From Microgenomates group bacterium (lineage in GTDB: Bacteria; Patescibacteriota; Microgenomatia; UBA1406; GWC2-37-13): 43,452 nt of DNA. The position numbers and the translations under genes were made by a program. The stretch lies in contig JBJKRW010000020.1 in assembly GCA_046704445.1 (NCBI GenBank), positions 1 to 43,452 of the forward strand, written 5' to 3'. A model generated the notes under the pieces. It was not told where the DNA came from and ran no database searches. It saw only the letters and a program-made list of their open reading frames with translations. This document shows positions 35,224 through 43,452 of this stretch, one piece after another. Position 1 is the stretch's first letter; each line of letters begins with the position of its first letter.

Positions 35224-36363
35224 ATGGCTAAAATCAAAAAAAAAGGTAATTCTCTGGTTGTATATTCAATAGTTATCGTCACGTGTTTGATAGTTTTGTA
35301 TATCTTCTCATTGCTTATTTTTAAACGGTATATGTTTTCGTATACGTTCAAAACATCTTTGGTCCGGGAATACCTTCATTCACAGGATATACCGTATTAT
35401 GTACCCGGCCAAAGATATATGTTGTCTGACGGAGATTTGCATATCGCTTCGGGATATCTCTATGTAAAGGGAGCGGATCCCACTCAATATCATTTTCAGC
35501 ATACGCCGTTTCTCAAATATTTATACGGATATACTATTCTGTTATTTCGTAATCCTTATTATCTTGAGATATTGCTCGGTATTCTGTACATTGTGATTTC
35601 ATATTTCTTGGGGTTAAAAATTTACAAATCTATTTCTGTGGCAGCTCTTGCTTCATTTCTCCTTGCTGTTGGGCCGTTACCTCTGATGATTTCGGGAGAT
35701 TTTTCGTTTGAACTCGGTCAGGCGGTATTTTTTCTTCTTTACTTCATGATTGTTTTTTTCTACGACGGACACGTGTTTTTGTCGGGGGTTATGTTGGCTC
35801 TTTGGGCGTCATCAAAATTCTGGGGCTCCATTCCTTTTTTTCTGCTTGTGATATACGGATATCAATTTTGGTTAAAAAAATTTAACGTGAAAAAATTTAT
35901 CATGCATTTTATTATTGCCTTCTTGGTTTTTTCTCTGACGTATGTCAAAACATTTATCGACAAGGGGGGATTGTTTAATATCGTATTTTTTCAGTTAAAA
36001 ATATTAAAATACTGGTTGACTCACTCAATCACCGATATACCGTTTGCCTCCCTGTTATTGTATCTGACCGGTTTTTATAAAAGCTGGTGGGGAAGCAATG
36101 CCGTTATTCGAGGAGAAGTCTGGAACATATTGTGGCCGATCAGTTTTTTTGTTTCTTTGTTGACTGCGTTCCGTTTATTCTCAAAAAAGCAGTTCATGCT
36201 TCCGTTTCTTGTAGCAATAATGCCGGTTCTCTATCTCATTTATCTTGGCGCACAGGCGCCATATCTGAGATATTTTATTATTGTGCTTCCATTCTTCTAT
36301 TTCACCTTGTCCAAATTCCTCGTTGATTTCGCGAAATCAAAATTTATTAAAACGGTCAGATAA
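35224..36363 (+). CDS. Polytopic membrane protein, GT-C / PMT_2-like putative glycosyltransferase
   Basis: 379 aa with about 10 TM helices and a first-loop acidic motif (LSDGDLHIASGYLY). The assignment is weak. Confidence 0.4.
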   Translation: MAKIKKKGNSLVVYSIVIVTCLIVLYIFSLLIFKRYMFSYTFKTSLVREYLHSQDIPYYVPGQRYMLSDGDLHIASGYLYVKGADPTQYHFQHTPFLKYLYGYTILLFRNPYYLEILLGILYIVISYFLGLKIYKSISVAALASFLLAVGPLPLMISGDFSFELGQAVFFLLYFMIVFFYDGHVFLSGVMLALWASSKFWGSIPFFLLVIYGYQFWLKKFNVKKFIMHFIIAFLVFSLTYVKTFIDKGGLFNIVFFQLKILKYWLTHSITDIPFASLLLYLTGFYKSWWGSNAVIRGEVWNILWPISFFVSLLTAFRLFSKKQFMLPFLVAIMPVLYLIYLGAQAPYLRYFIIVLPFFYFTLSKFLVDFAKSKFIKTVR

Positions 36364-36365
36364 GG

Positions 36366-36839
36366 TTATCGATTGAGAACGACGATTGCAATATTGAGAG
36401 CTCCGGCAAAACTGATCCACAGCTGGTAAGGAATCAGCAAAGTCGCTGAGAGCTTATCAATACGGAAAAATTCTCGGATTGACAGCAATACGAATATCCA
36501 TAACAGAATGAGATCCAGAAGCGCAAAAAAAGGCAGGCGCATTCCGAAAAAAATAACGGACCATCCCGCGTTAAGGAAAAGCTGAATGAAAAAGTATATA
36601 TATGCGTTGTTTTTTTTCTTTTTATGCGCAATCCATATCGTGTAAAGAGCGCACCCCATTAAGAAGTAAAGCAAAGACCAGACGGGTCCGAACAACCAGT
36701 TTGGCGGATTAAAAAAAGGCTTGTGAAGCGTTGCATACCAGGTAGGAATTGAGCTGATTGTAAATGCGGAGCCGATTCCTCCCGCCAGAAAACATACGGA
36801 TATACTTAGAATAAACCTGATAGGGGAAAAGGATTTCAT
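36366..36839 (-). CDS. tspO: TspO/MBR-family tryptophan-rich sensory protein
   Basis: PTWYATLHKPFFNPPNWLFGPVWSLLYFLMG and the C-terminal PYQLWISFAGALN. I chose the ATG at 36839; TATAAT lies 12 nt upstream. Confidence 0.8.
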   Translation of the reverse strand: MKSFSPIRFILSISVCFLAGGIGSAFTISSIPTWYATLHKPFFNPPNWLFGPVWSLLYFLMGCALYTIWIAHKKKKNNAYIYFFIQLFLNAGWSVIFFGMRLPFFALLDLILLWIFVLLSIREFFRIDKLSATLLIPYQLWISFAGALNIAIVVLNR

Positions 36840-36920
36840 ATAGGCATTTTTATTATACAGCTTTAAAAAAACACTATCCGTTGAATGCAATACGCACACA
36901 AACTGGATAGTGTTTCTTTT

Positions 36921-37220
36921 TTAATATCCTCTTCTTCCGCCTCCGAATCCTCCGCCCGGCCTGCGTTCTTCTTTTGGTCGTGCGACGTTGACGACGATTT
37001 TTCGTCCTTCAACTTCTTTTTCGTGCATCTGTTGAGTCGCAGCTCCTGCTGCCTCTTCGGTCGCAAAGGTAACGAAACCGAATCCTTTTGACCTGCCTGA
37101 CATTCTGTCGGAAATGACAACCGCGTCGACAACTTCTCCGAACGATGCAAACATCTCTCGAAGCGTGTCACTGGTTACAGACCACGGCAGATTGCCAACA
37201 TAAAGTTTTTTGTTATCCAT
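36921..37220 (-). CDS. RRM-type RNA-binding protein with a Gly/Arg-rich tail
   Basis: RNP-2 LYVGNL, RNP-1 KGFGFVTF, and the C-terminal tail RRPGGGFGGGRRGY. A strong Shine-Dalgarno, AGAGGGGGTGA, lies 9 nt upstream. Confidence 0.88.
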   Translation of the reverse strand: MDNKKLYVGNLPWSVTSDTLREMFASFGEVVDAVVISDRMSGRSKGFGFVTFATEEAAGAATQQMHEKEVEGRKIVVNVARPKEERRPGGGFGGGRRGY

Positions 37221-37399
37221 GAAATACTTTCACCCCCTCTGATTGAATAAATGTTCTCAAGAAGTGTTAAAGCTGAATCGGAAATAACGCAGTCTAACAA
37301 TCCTGAAATTAACTATCTCCAAGTATACCATATCATAATGACATTGCAAAGGTCAAATTAAGTTCCCCTTAATTTTCAGCTATTTTTCAGTATATGGGA

Positions 37400-37405
37400 T
37401 ATAAT
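37400..37405 (+). promoter_or_regulatory. -10 box TATAAT, 6 nt upstream of the response-regulator ATG at 37412 (leaderless-type)
   Basis: The plus strand reads gggaTATAATcagtctATGaga. MRILIVEDE is the usual N terminus of receiver domains. Confidence 0.5.
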
Positions 37406-37411
37406 CAGTCT

Positions 37412-38086
37412 ATGAGAATCCTCATAGTGGAAGATGAGCATCGGATTGCCAATGCAATCAAGAAAGGGCTTGAACAGGAAGGTTATGCTGCGGACGTTAC
37501 CTATTCCGGCAATGACGGTTTTGACATGGCTTCAACAGAGGATTATGACGCGATTATTCTTGATATCATGCTTCCGGAGATGGACGGAATCACCATATGC
37601 AAGGAGTTAAGAAAAAACCGTATTCATACACCGATTATTCTTCTGACCGCGCGGGGGCAGATTAAAGACAAGGTAGAAGGGTTGGATTCGGGAGCCGACG
37701 ATTATCTGACCAAGCCGTTTTCATTCGAAGAACTTCTTGCAAGAGTTCGGGCGTTGGGCAGAAGGCCAAAAACCGTTCTTGACCCGGTGCTGAAAGTGGA
37801 GGATCTTACTCTTGATCCGAAACAGTTCCAGGTAGAACGGAACGGAACATATATAAAACTTTCAAGCAAAGAGTTTTCGTTGCTTGAATATTTGATGCGA
37901 AATGCCGGAAGAATTCTTACAAAAGATCAGATCATAGGGCATGTTTGGGATTATGACGCGGATATTCTTCCCAATACCGTGGAAGTATATATACGGAATC
38001 TCCGGAATAAAATCGATAGCCCTTTTCACCGTGAAAAACCGCTTATCCATACGGTACGAGGATTTGGTTATAAAATAGGGGAATAA
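37412..38086 (+). CDS. OmpR/PhoB-family response regulator
   Basis: Receiver domain (MRILIVEDE, DAIILDIMLPEMDG, LTAR, KPF) and a winged-helix output domain (LSSKEFSLLEYLM...VRGFGYKI). Confidence 0.9.
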   Translation: MRILIVEDEHRIANAIKKGLEQEGYAADVTYSGNDGFDMASTEDYDAIILDIMLPEMDGITICKELRKNRIHTPIILLTARGQIKDKVEGLDSGADDYLTKPFSFEELLARVRALGRRPKTVLDPVLKVEDLTLDPKQFQVERNGTYIKLSSKEFSLLEYLMRNAGRILTKDQIIGHVWDYDADILPNTVEVYIRNLRNKIDSPFHREKPLIHTVRGFGYKIGE

Positions 38087-38089
38087 CGT

Positions 38090-39112
38090 ATGTTTAATAA
38101 CGCCCGGTTAAAACTTACCGCTTGGTATCTTCTTATCATCATGTGCGTGAGCATTACCTTTTCGTTCGTAATCTATAAGGCGCTTACCAGAGAAGTTGCA
38201 CGGTTCGCAAACGTGCAGCGTATACGGATTGAACGGGAACTGTATGGAGTCACAATATACGGACAGCCGTTACCGCATCACTCGGTCAGTATAGATGCCG
38301 ATCTTACCGCAGAGACACAACGACGCATTGTCATATTTTTGGTAATCATAAATGCGTCAATTTTCGTCATCTCAGGAGGCTTAGGTTATTTATTGGCAGG
38401 AAAAACCTTGAAGCCGATTCAGGAAATGGTTGAGGAGCAAAACCGCTTTATCAGCGACGCCTCACATGAATTGCGGACACCGTTGACTTCAATGAAAACA
38501 GCACTTGAAGTCGCGCTTCGGAATAAGGCGTTAACCCTTGAGGAAACAAAGGGCTTACTCAGGGAAAATATTACCGATGTCAATAAGTTGCAGTCTCTTT
38601 CTGAAGAGCTTCTGCAGCTTGCTCAGTTCCAGAAACCGAACAGCTTCGTCACAATGTCTATCGTGTCATTGTCGGCGGTCATCAAGGAAGCTATTCGTAG
38701 GGTTGAGCCGATGGCCAAACAAAAACAAATCAGTATAACAACCCGCGTAAAAGATCACACACTCAAAGGAGAAAAGTTCGAGCTGACCGATCTGTTCGTG
38801 ATCTTGCTGGATAACGCGATTAAATACAGTCCTAAAAACAAACATATCGATATTTTTGCGGAAAGAACCGACGGTATGGTGAAAGTTTCCGTAAGGGATC
38901 AGGGGATCGGAATGAATCAAGAAGACGTTCCCCACATCTTTGACCGGTTTTTCAGAGCAGATTCCGCCCGTTCTAAATCCGTTGCGTCCGGATACGGACT
39001 TGGGCTTTCCATCGCCAAAAAGATTATTGATCTTCACCATGGTTCGATTAGCGTGGAGAGTACCTTGAAAAAAGGAACGACATTTACGGTTATCCTGCCT
39101 GTCAGTTCATGA
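38090..39112 (+). CDS. Sensor histidine kinase (HisKA plus HATPase_c)
   Basis: Two TM helices, H-box FISDASHELRTPLTS, N box LLDNAIKYSP, G boxes DQGIGM and GYGLGLSIAKKI. Confidence 0.9.
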   Translation: MFNNARLKLTAWYLLIIMCVSITFSFVIYKALTREVARFANVQRIRIERELYGVTIYGQPLPHHSVSIDADLTAETQRRIVIFLVIINASIFVISGGLGYLLAGKTLKPIQEMVEEQNRFISDASHELRTPLTSMKTALEVALRNKALTLEETKGLLRENITDVNKLQSLSEELLQLAQFQKPNSFVTMSIVSLSAVIKEAIRRVEPMAKQKQISITTRVKDHTLKGEKFELTDLFVILLDNAIKYSPKNKHIDIFAERTDGMVKVSVRDQGIGMNQEDVPHIFDRFFRADSARSKSVASGYGLGLSIAKKIIDLHHGSISVESTLKKGTTFTVILPVSS

Positions 39113-40561
39113 GGTCGTTTTTTTATATACCTCGACACCGTTTTGATTTGAGATAAGCGAAAAGTTTTGGTCCTGTTTTAGAGCGTTGTAAAATTTTTGA
39201 ATGAGTGAATTGTTTTGGGGAATATCTTTGGCCAGAATAATTACGTAATCCGCTTTTTCGTAATTTCCGATGTTTTTGGATACGTCATCTGTGGTTTCTC
39301 CCATCTGGTCATATGCAGGGTCATAGAGAAAGTTGTAAAAATACTCCCGTTCCGTGAAGAACGGGGAAATGGTGCTTGTGGTGGAAATTTTTATCTGGTC
39401 ATTTTTCAATTGTTTACGCCAGTATTGCACTTCCTGCAATGTGTTCCAATTGATCTTGGCAAGCTTGTAGTTTCCCATTCCGAATTGGAGGTTATTCCAT
39501 ATGTTGCAGATGACAAGCAGGATGATAAGCGTAAAAATAATTTTGGGTTTCTTTCGGAAGAATCTTTTAATCGTGTTAAATCCGTAGATTGCGGAAATCG
39601 CAATAAAAGGAGTGAGGACGGCCGTGAAATGAAAATATACTTGTCTCATGTTGGGATTCGAAGACAACAGATTGAGAAGAAATTCCGGCAGAGCGATCAA
39701 AAGCTGTGTCGGGGCAAAAAGAGACGTAAATCCGAATGGGAACAAAAGCGTCATTACATATTTCAAACTGTCCGCCGAAAACAGACGGCGTATCAGATTG
39801 ATCGGGTGTGCAAAGTCATAATATTTGATTGCAAAGGATTCGGCCCCGTTAAATAAAGGAATCAGTTTAAAAACAAGGAATAGAAATATGATAAAGCTGG
39901 CTATAGCGACTACAATATGTTTTATTTTATATTTTTTTGTAAAAGCAAAAAAAACCGACAAAAAAATGACGGTTAATGCGGCGTTTTCTTTGGACAAAAG
40001 AGCTATAGTCAAACACACAAAACCAGCAATTGGATTAATCAATTTCCGTTTGAAGGGTTCAAAGGCAAGAAAATAGAAAGCAAAAAGGAAAGCAGTTGTG
40101 GCAAAAATAACCGCATGGAAATCAAACATGTTTGTCAACTGCAGCGGATAATAATTAAGGTATAAAAAAGCGAACAGTACTCCCAGCCATTCGGATTTCA
40201 AAACTCTGCGGGCGATAAGGAATATTGCAATACCGCCTAAAGCAAGAATAAATGTTTGAGATATTAACAGAACTATAGGACTCGCATTGATCATATACAG
40301 GGGGGACAGTATTGCCATGATGGGATCGAAATGGATTGCAAAGCGCACGATATTGTGTGCCAGATCCGGATGGGTCATTTCCAGCAATCTTCCTCTTGAG
40401 GTATTGTATACGGTTTGGTCCATGATGCCGAGATCGTAATAATGCGCATTAAAACTCAAAAGCCTGATGACGGTAATGTAGGAAAAAACAAAAAAATAAA
40501 GAAACGCCATTGTTATTACGAGGAGCATAGGAACATTGGCCTTTTTTACGGTGTGTATCAT
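39107..40561 (-). CDS. DUF2079-family polytopic membrane protein
   Basis: The N-terminal YYDLGIMDQTVYNTSRG motif is characteristic of DUF2079. It has about 12 TM helices and a C-terminal soluble domain. Confidence 0.6.
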   Translation of the reverse strand: MIHTVKKANVPMLLVITMAFLYFFVFSYITVIRLLSFNAHYYDLGIMDQTVYNTSRGRLLEMTHPDLAHNIVRFAIHFDPIMAILSPLYMINASPIVLLISQTFILALGGIAIFLIARRVLKSEWLGVLFAFLYLNYYPLQLTNMFDFHAVIFATTAFLFAFYFLAFEPFKRKLINPIAGFVCLTIALLSKENAALTVIFLSVFFAFTKKYKIKHIVVAIASFIIFLFLVFKLIPLFNGAESFAIKYYDFAHPINLIRRLFSADSLKYVMTLLFPFGFTSLFAPTQLLIALPEFLLNLLSSNPNMRQVYFHFTAVLTPFIAISAIYGFNTIKRFFRKKPKIIFTLIILLVICNIWNNLQFGMGNYKLAKINWNTLQEVQYWRKQLKNDQIKISTTSTISPFFTEREYFYNFLYDPAYDQMGETTDDVSKNIGNYEKADYVIILAKDIPQNNSLIQKFYNALKQDQNFSLISNQNGVEVYKKTTS

Positions 40562-40625
40562 CGTTATTCAATAAACGCATAATATACGATTTTTTTCTGA
40601 ATTTAAACTGAACTTTATGCAATTT

Positions 40626-41660
40626 TTATTTAAGGTATGCATCGAAGAATTTTACGGAGCGTTCCATTGCTATGCTGAATGAGGGTTCGGAAATATTGTG
40701 ATCTGCTCCGGGATAGGTGAACAGCTCGACGTTTTTCCCAAGTTTTTTCATTTTATCGTACAATTGTTCCGAAAAAACCGGAGGAACCTCTTCGTCTGCC
40801 ATACCCTGATGAAGTTGAAGCGGAGCTTTGATGTCGGACAGGAAAAATGTGGGATCTATTGAATTCCAAAAGAGAGGGTCGGTTGACGGAGTGCCGTATT
40901 TCTGAAAAAGAGATTGCCGAAATCGATTGCGAAGGTTTAATTCTCTCTGGGAAGGCTGATAGGGAACTACGTGATGCCAGTGATTGATAAGGTCGTCATA
41001 CGAACCGACCACGCCGCCCCAGATGACTGCGGCCTTAATGTCTTTCGGGTCGACCACAAGATCCCGCAGAGTAATATTTCCTCCCATAGAATGTCCCCAT
41101 ACGCCCAATTTGTTCGGATTAACTTTGGAAAATCGTTTGATTGAGGAAATGGCATTAAGGTCGTCAACAGTGTATGCGGGGGAGTAATATGCTCCTTCCG
41201 GACTGCCTTGAGAGTTGCCGTTTCCCCGGTAATCCGGTTTGAATACCACGTAACCGTTTCGTGCGAATGCATCGACATATGCAACATAACGTTCTGTGGT
41301 CCTGTATATTTCCGGCGGAATATATCCGTGATTAAATACAATGACGGGCCATCCGCCTTTGGGCATTGTTCCGTCTGGAACGGTAAGTAATGCATATATT
41401 TTTAAGCCGTCCGAAAGATAAGATGCAATATACTGGGAATAGTTGCTTCCTGGCGCAAGAGTTTGTTCTATTGTGAGTTTACTTCCGGGATATGACCGGT
41501 TTCTCATGGCCTGAATGGCAAGCGGATTCAGAGGCTGTTGAGGCGTAGGTGAGGGAGTTATTTTTGCCGGTATGTCGGAACCGGACAGCGCCTTGTTGCG
41601 GACGACGATTCCTCCGACTGCAATCATGCCTACAATGAGTATTGCGATGAAATATTTCAT
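40626..41660 (-). CDS. Membrane-anchored alpha/beta hydrolase (S9 prolyl-oligopeptidase / dienelactone-hydrolase-like)
   Basis: N-terminal TM helix, nucleophile elbow GHSMGG, and later D (GMADEEV) and H (GADHNI) consistent with a Ser-Asp-His triad. Confidence 0.7.
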   Translation of the reverse strand: MKYFIAILIVGMIAVGGIVVRNKALSGSDIPAKITPSPTPQQPLNPLAIQAMRNRSYPGSKLTIEQTLAPGSNYSQYIASYLSDGLKIYALLTVPDGTMPKGGWPVIVFNHGYIPPEIYRTTERYVAYVDAFARNGYVVFKPDYRGNGNSQGSPEGAYYSPAYTVDDLNAISSIKRFSKVNPNKLGVWGHSMGGNITLRDLVVDPKDIKAAVIWGGVVGSYDDLINHWHHVVPYQPSQRELNLRNRFRQSLFQKYGTPSTDPLFWNSIDPTFFLSDIKAPLQLHQGMADEEVPPVFSEQLYDKMKKLGKNVELFTYPGADHNISEPSFSIAMERSVKFFDAYLK

Positions 41661-41678
41661 ACGATTATCCGGGGCATA

Positions 41679-43217
41679 CTACACAAATCCCGGAAAAAAA
41701 TCTTTTTTAATATGCGCTTCAACAACGCCCATCTGTTTTAACGTAGCATTAAAACCGTCCACCATGGCATGGGGACCGGAAAGATAAAATATGCGTTCCG
41801 AAAAGTCGGGAATTTCCTCTCGAATTATTTGGTCATTGACCCGTCCTGTTTTTCCCTGCCATCCTGCGGGAACCGCATTGAGGTCGGTCAGCGTATAGAT
41901 GACTTTGACGGAAAGATTCTGTTGTGCCTTGGTTAATACATCCGCGTATGCAATTTCCGATACGGTTTTGTTCGAATAGACAACTATGATGTCGCGTTTT
42001 TCGTTCATATCGATCAGATATTTCAGAATGCTCCTAAAGGGAGTAATTCCTATTCCTCCCGCAACAAATACGAGTTTTTGTGAGTCGTCTTTCGGTAAGG
42101 TAAAATCGCCTGCAAGTTGACCCGCCACAATAGGTTTTTGGCCGTCCATAGACAACATGGCTTTTTTGTAACTGCTTGCCGGCTGGTAAAATTTTACCCC
42201 GATTCTGAAGTCGGGTTCGGTAGGAGAGGAGGCAATGGTAAAATAACGGCGGTTTCCTCTGTCGTCACTGTGCTCGTGAGGCAAAGTCCATTCCATATAT
42301 TGACCGGGAGCAAAATTAAGTTTTTTTTCCAGAGGAAAAATAAAATCATACGTGTCATCGGCTACTTTGATTTTATCGTGCAGTTGCAGAACAAGTTTTA
42401 TTTTCGGACTTACGAGATACGAAAATATATTACCCGCAATAAGGGCAAGTTCCGGAGTTGAGTAAAGCGTGCCGATGTGGACCTGAGGGGAAAAAAGAAT
42501 GCCGACAAATATTCCGTACATAATTTGGAGTGCATAGGTCGGTGGTGTGGTCAACGGTTCCGTAAGCATGACAAAAGCGAAAAACCATAGAGAAGAATGA
42601 AAAAAGACATTGTTGAATACTGAGGTTAAGGGAGAACCTTTCAAAACCGCGAACGATGCAATGGTCATAAAAGCGGTCAAAATAAACGCAAAGATCATGT
42701 CCTCTTTCCGTATTTTTCTGACGATCAAAAGTCCTCCTATAAGCACAAAAGGCATGAGAGGGGCGTTGCCTACCCACCAGCTTGCCGATTGTCCGAAACC
42801 CAAAGTGGTCAGGGCAACAGCGATAGCAACCGGGTTGAAAATATGCTTATTTTTTACGGCAAAAATATATTTTGAAGACATGGCCAGGACGGCTGCCCAT
42901 CCCAAAAAGACGAAATCGTGAAGACTCCTTAAAGGCGTGATGATCAACGCGAGAATCAAGGCGGAAATATAGACAGATTCAACATTGGTGGGCGCATTAA
43001 ACACGCGTGAGAAGATCTTATTCGTAACAAGGCTTACCAGGAGAAGAAAAAGAGCCGAGGCGGCAAGAGAATACGGATTGTACGGAAGTAATCCTAAGAA
43101 TCCGAAAACTACCCCCAGAGCAATAAGTCCGATAAGGTAATACAATACAAGCCGGTACATGGTGATGCGGTTCAAAAAGTCATCAACGAATTTCATCATG
43201 GTATTAGTGTAAAACAT
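41679..43217 (-). CDS. Fusion protein: RnfD/NqrB-like polytopic membrane domain plus FNR-like FAD/NAD(P)H oxidoreductase domain
   Basis: The N-terminal ~265 aa carry KHIFNPVAIAVAL and MLTEPLTTPPT, compared with the RnfD/NqrB hiFNPA and MATDPVTSP blocks. The C-terminal half carries RRYFTIASSP, GGIGITPF and YLSGPHAMV (FNR family). Confidence 0.65.
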   Translation of the reverse strand: MFYTNTMMKFVDDFLNRITMYRLVLYYLIGLIALGVVFGFLGLLPYNPYSLAASALFLLLVSLVTNKIFSRVFNAPTNVESVYISALILALIITPLRSLHDFVFLGWAAVLAMSSKYIFAVKNKHIFNPVAIAVALTTLGFGQSASWWVGNAPLMPFVLIGGLLIVRKIRKEDMIFAFILTAFMTIASFAVLKGSPLTSVFNNVFFHSSLWFFAFVMLTEPLTTPPTYALQIMYGIFVGILFSPQVHIGTLYSTPELALIAGNIFSYLVSPKIKLVLQLHDKIKVADDTYDFIFPLEKKLNFAPGQYMEWTLPHEHSDDRGNRRYFTIASSPTEPDFRIGVKFYQPASSYKKAMLSMDGQKPIVAGQLAGDFTLPKDDSQKLVFVAGGIGITPFRSILKYLIDMNEKRDIIVVYSNKTVSEIAYADVLTKAQQNLSVKVIYTLTDLNAVPAGWQGKTGRVNDQIIREEIPDFSERIFYLSGPHAMVDGFNATLKQMGVVEAHIKKDFFPGFV

Positions 43218-43452
43218 AATTGGTAAATCCTGATGTATAAATGGCTTTTTTTTGTTTGGTAATCATATATCCTTCAAAATTGCGAAGCTTCTCAATAAAC
43301 GCGATTCCGTCGGTTCCCATGGCAAAGGCGGCAGTTGCAAATCGGTCCGCCTCATATACATTGGGTCCTATCACCGTGAGACTGACCGCGTCGGTTAAAG
43401 GGCCGGACGCATGCGGATTATATACATGCTGTCCTCTTATATACGTTCCCGA
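43204..43452 (-). CDS. apbE: FAD:protein FMN transferase (ApbE family), C-terminal part; the 5' end lies outside the window
   Basis: It is not in the ORF track because no start lies in the window. My translation is SGTYIRGQHVYNPHASGPLTDAVSLTVIGPNVYEADRFATAAFAMGTDGIAF..., which matches the ApbE C-terminal pattern (SG.Y....HI.DP.TG.P...SVTV....ADA.ATA.F.MG). The stop overlaps the downstream start by 14 nt. Confidence 0.8.
   Translation of the reverse strand, partial: SGTYIRGQHVYNPHASGPLTDAVSLTVIGPNVYEADRFATAAFAMGTDGIAFIEKLRNFEGYMITKQKKAIYTSGFTNYVLH

Noticed and set aside
1-43452. Possibility of an alternative genetic code (UGA as Gly or Trp), as in some candidate phyla.
   Set aside because: TGA terminates well-defined genes at the expected lengths. 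One example is 921-923. Another is the MFS stop at 1586-1588, which forms the ATGA overlap. All conserved proteins are full length under the standard code.
1-43452. CRISPR arrays, rRNA genes, defence systems, toxin-antitoxin pairs, a diversity-generating retroelement, or group I/II introns.
   Set aside because: I saw no regularly spaced repeats, no reverse transcriptase, no Cas-like, nuclease or helicase ORFs, and no non-coding stretch longer than about 250 nt. Apart from the island remnants, the island ORFs show no recognisable defence domains.

Overview
The window is a tightly packed, roughly 40% GC (by eye) bacterial chromosome segment that uses the standard genetic code; TGA acts as a stop. 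The gene content suggests a small-genome, uncultivated bacterium of the Patescibacteria/CPR type. That placement is an inference from several traits: many GT-C-like polytopic membrane proteins, an archaeal-type class I FBP aldolase, a ClpB with no N-domain, very short intergenic regions, and orphan metabolic genes.

Recognisable content:
- a polyprenyl synthase-MFS-PAP2 operon
- a Crp/Fnr regulator
- tRNA-Pro(UGG)
- argH, a LacD-like aldolase and a DUF192 protein
- an fba-fbp-gap-pgk cluster
- HIT and MGMT proteins
- an SGNH hydrolase
- clpB preceded by a CIRCE-like operator
- yidD, trmD and an Fe/Mn SOD
- a beta-propeller protein next to a GldA/F/G-like ABC system
- two NUDIX hydrolases
- gltX and era
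- an ECF sigma module
- an AlkD-like protein, TspO and an RRM protein
- an OmpR/HisKA two-component system
- DUF2079, an S9-like hydrolase, and an RnfD-like/FNR fusion overlapped by a partial apbE

The only clearly accessory DNA is about 2.8 kb directly 3' of tRNA-Pro (4766-7540). It is more AT-rich and holds a truncated large serine recombinase, a frameshifted terminase-small-subunit-like remnant and orphan ORFs. Two degenerate ~60-nt direct repeats in it resemble the tRNA 3' end.

The observations most worth follow-up are:
1. this decayed island and its repeat-flanked single-gene cassette
2. a recurrent -10 box placed 5-8 nt upstream of the ATG, with no Shine-Dalgarno, which suggests widespread leaderless transcription, including back-to-back divergent promoters in 20-56 nt spacers
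3. the CIRCE-like element on clpB
4. the apbE / RnfD-like-FNR fusion

I found no CRISPR array, rRNA, recognisable defence system or toxin-antitoxin pair. All family assignments come from motif recognition by eye, not from searches.
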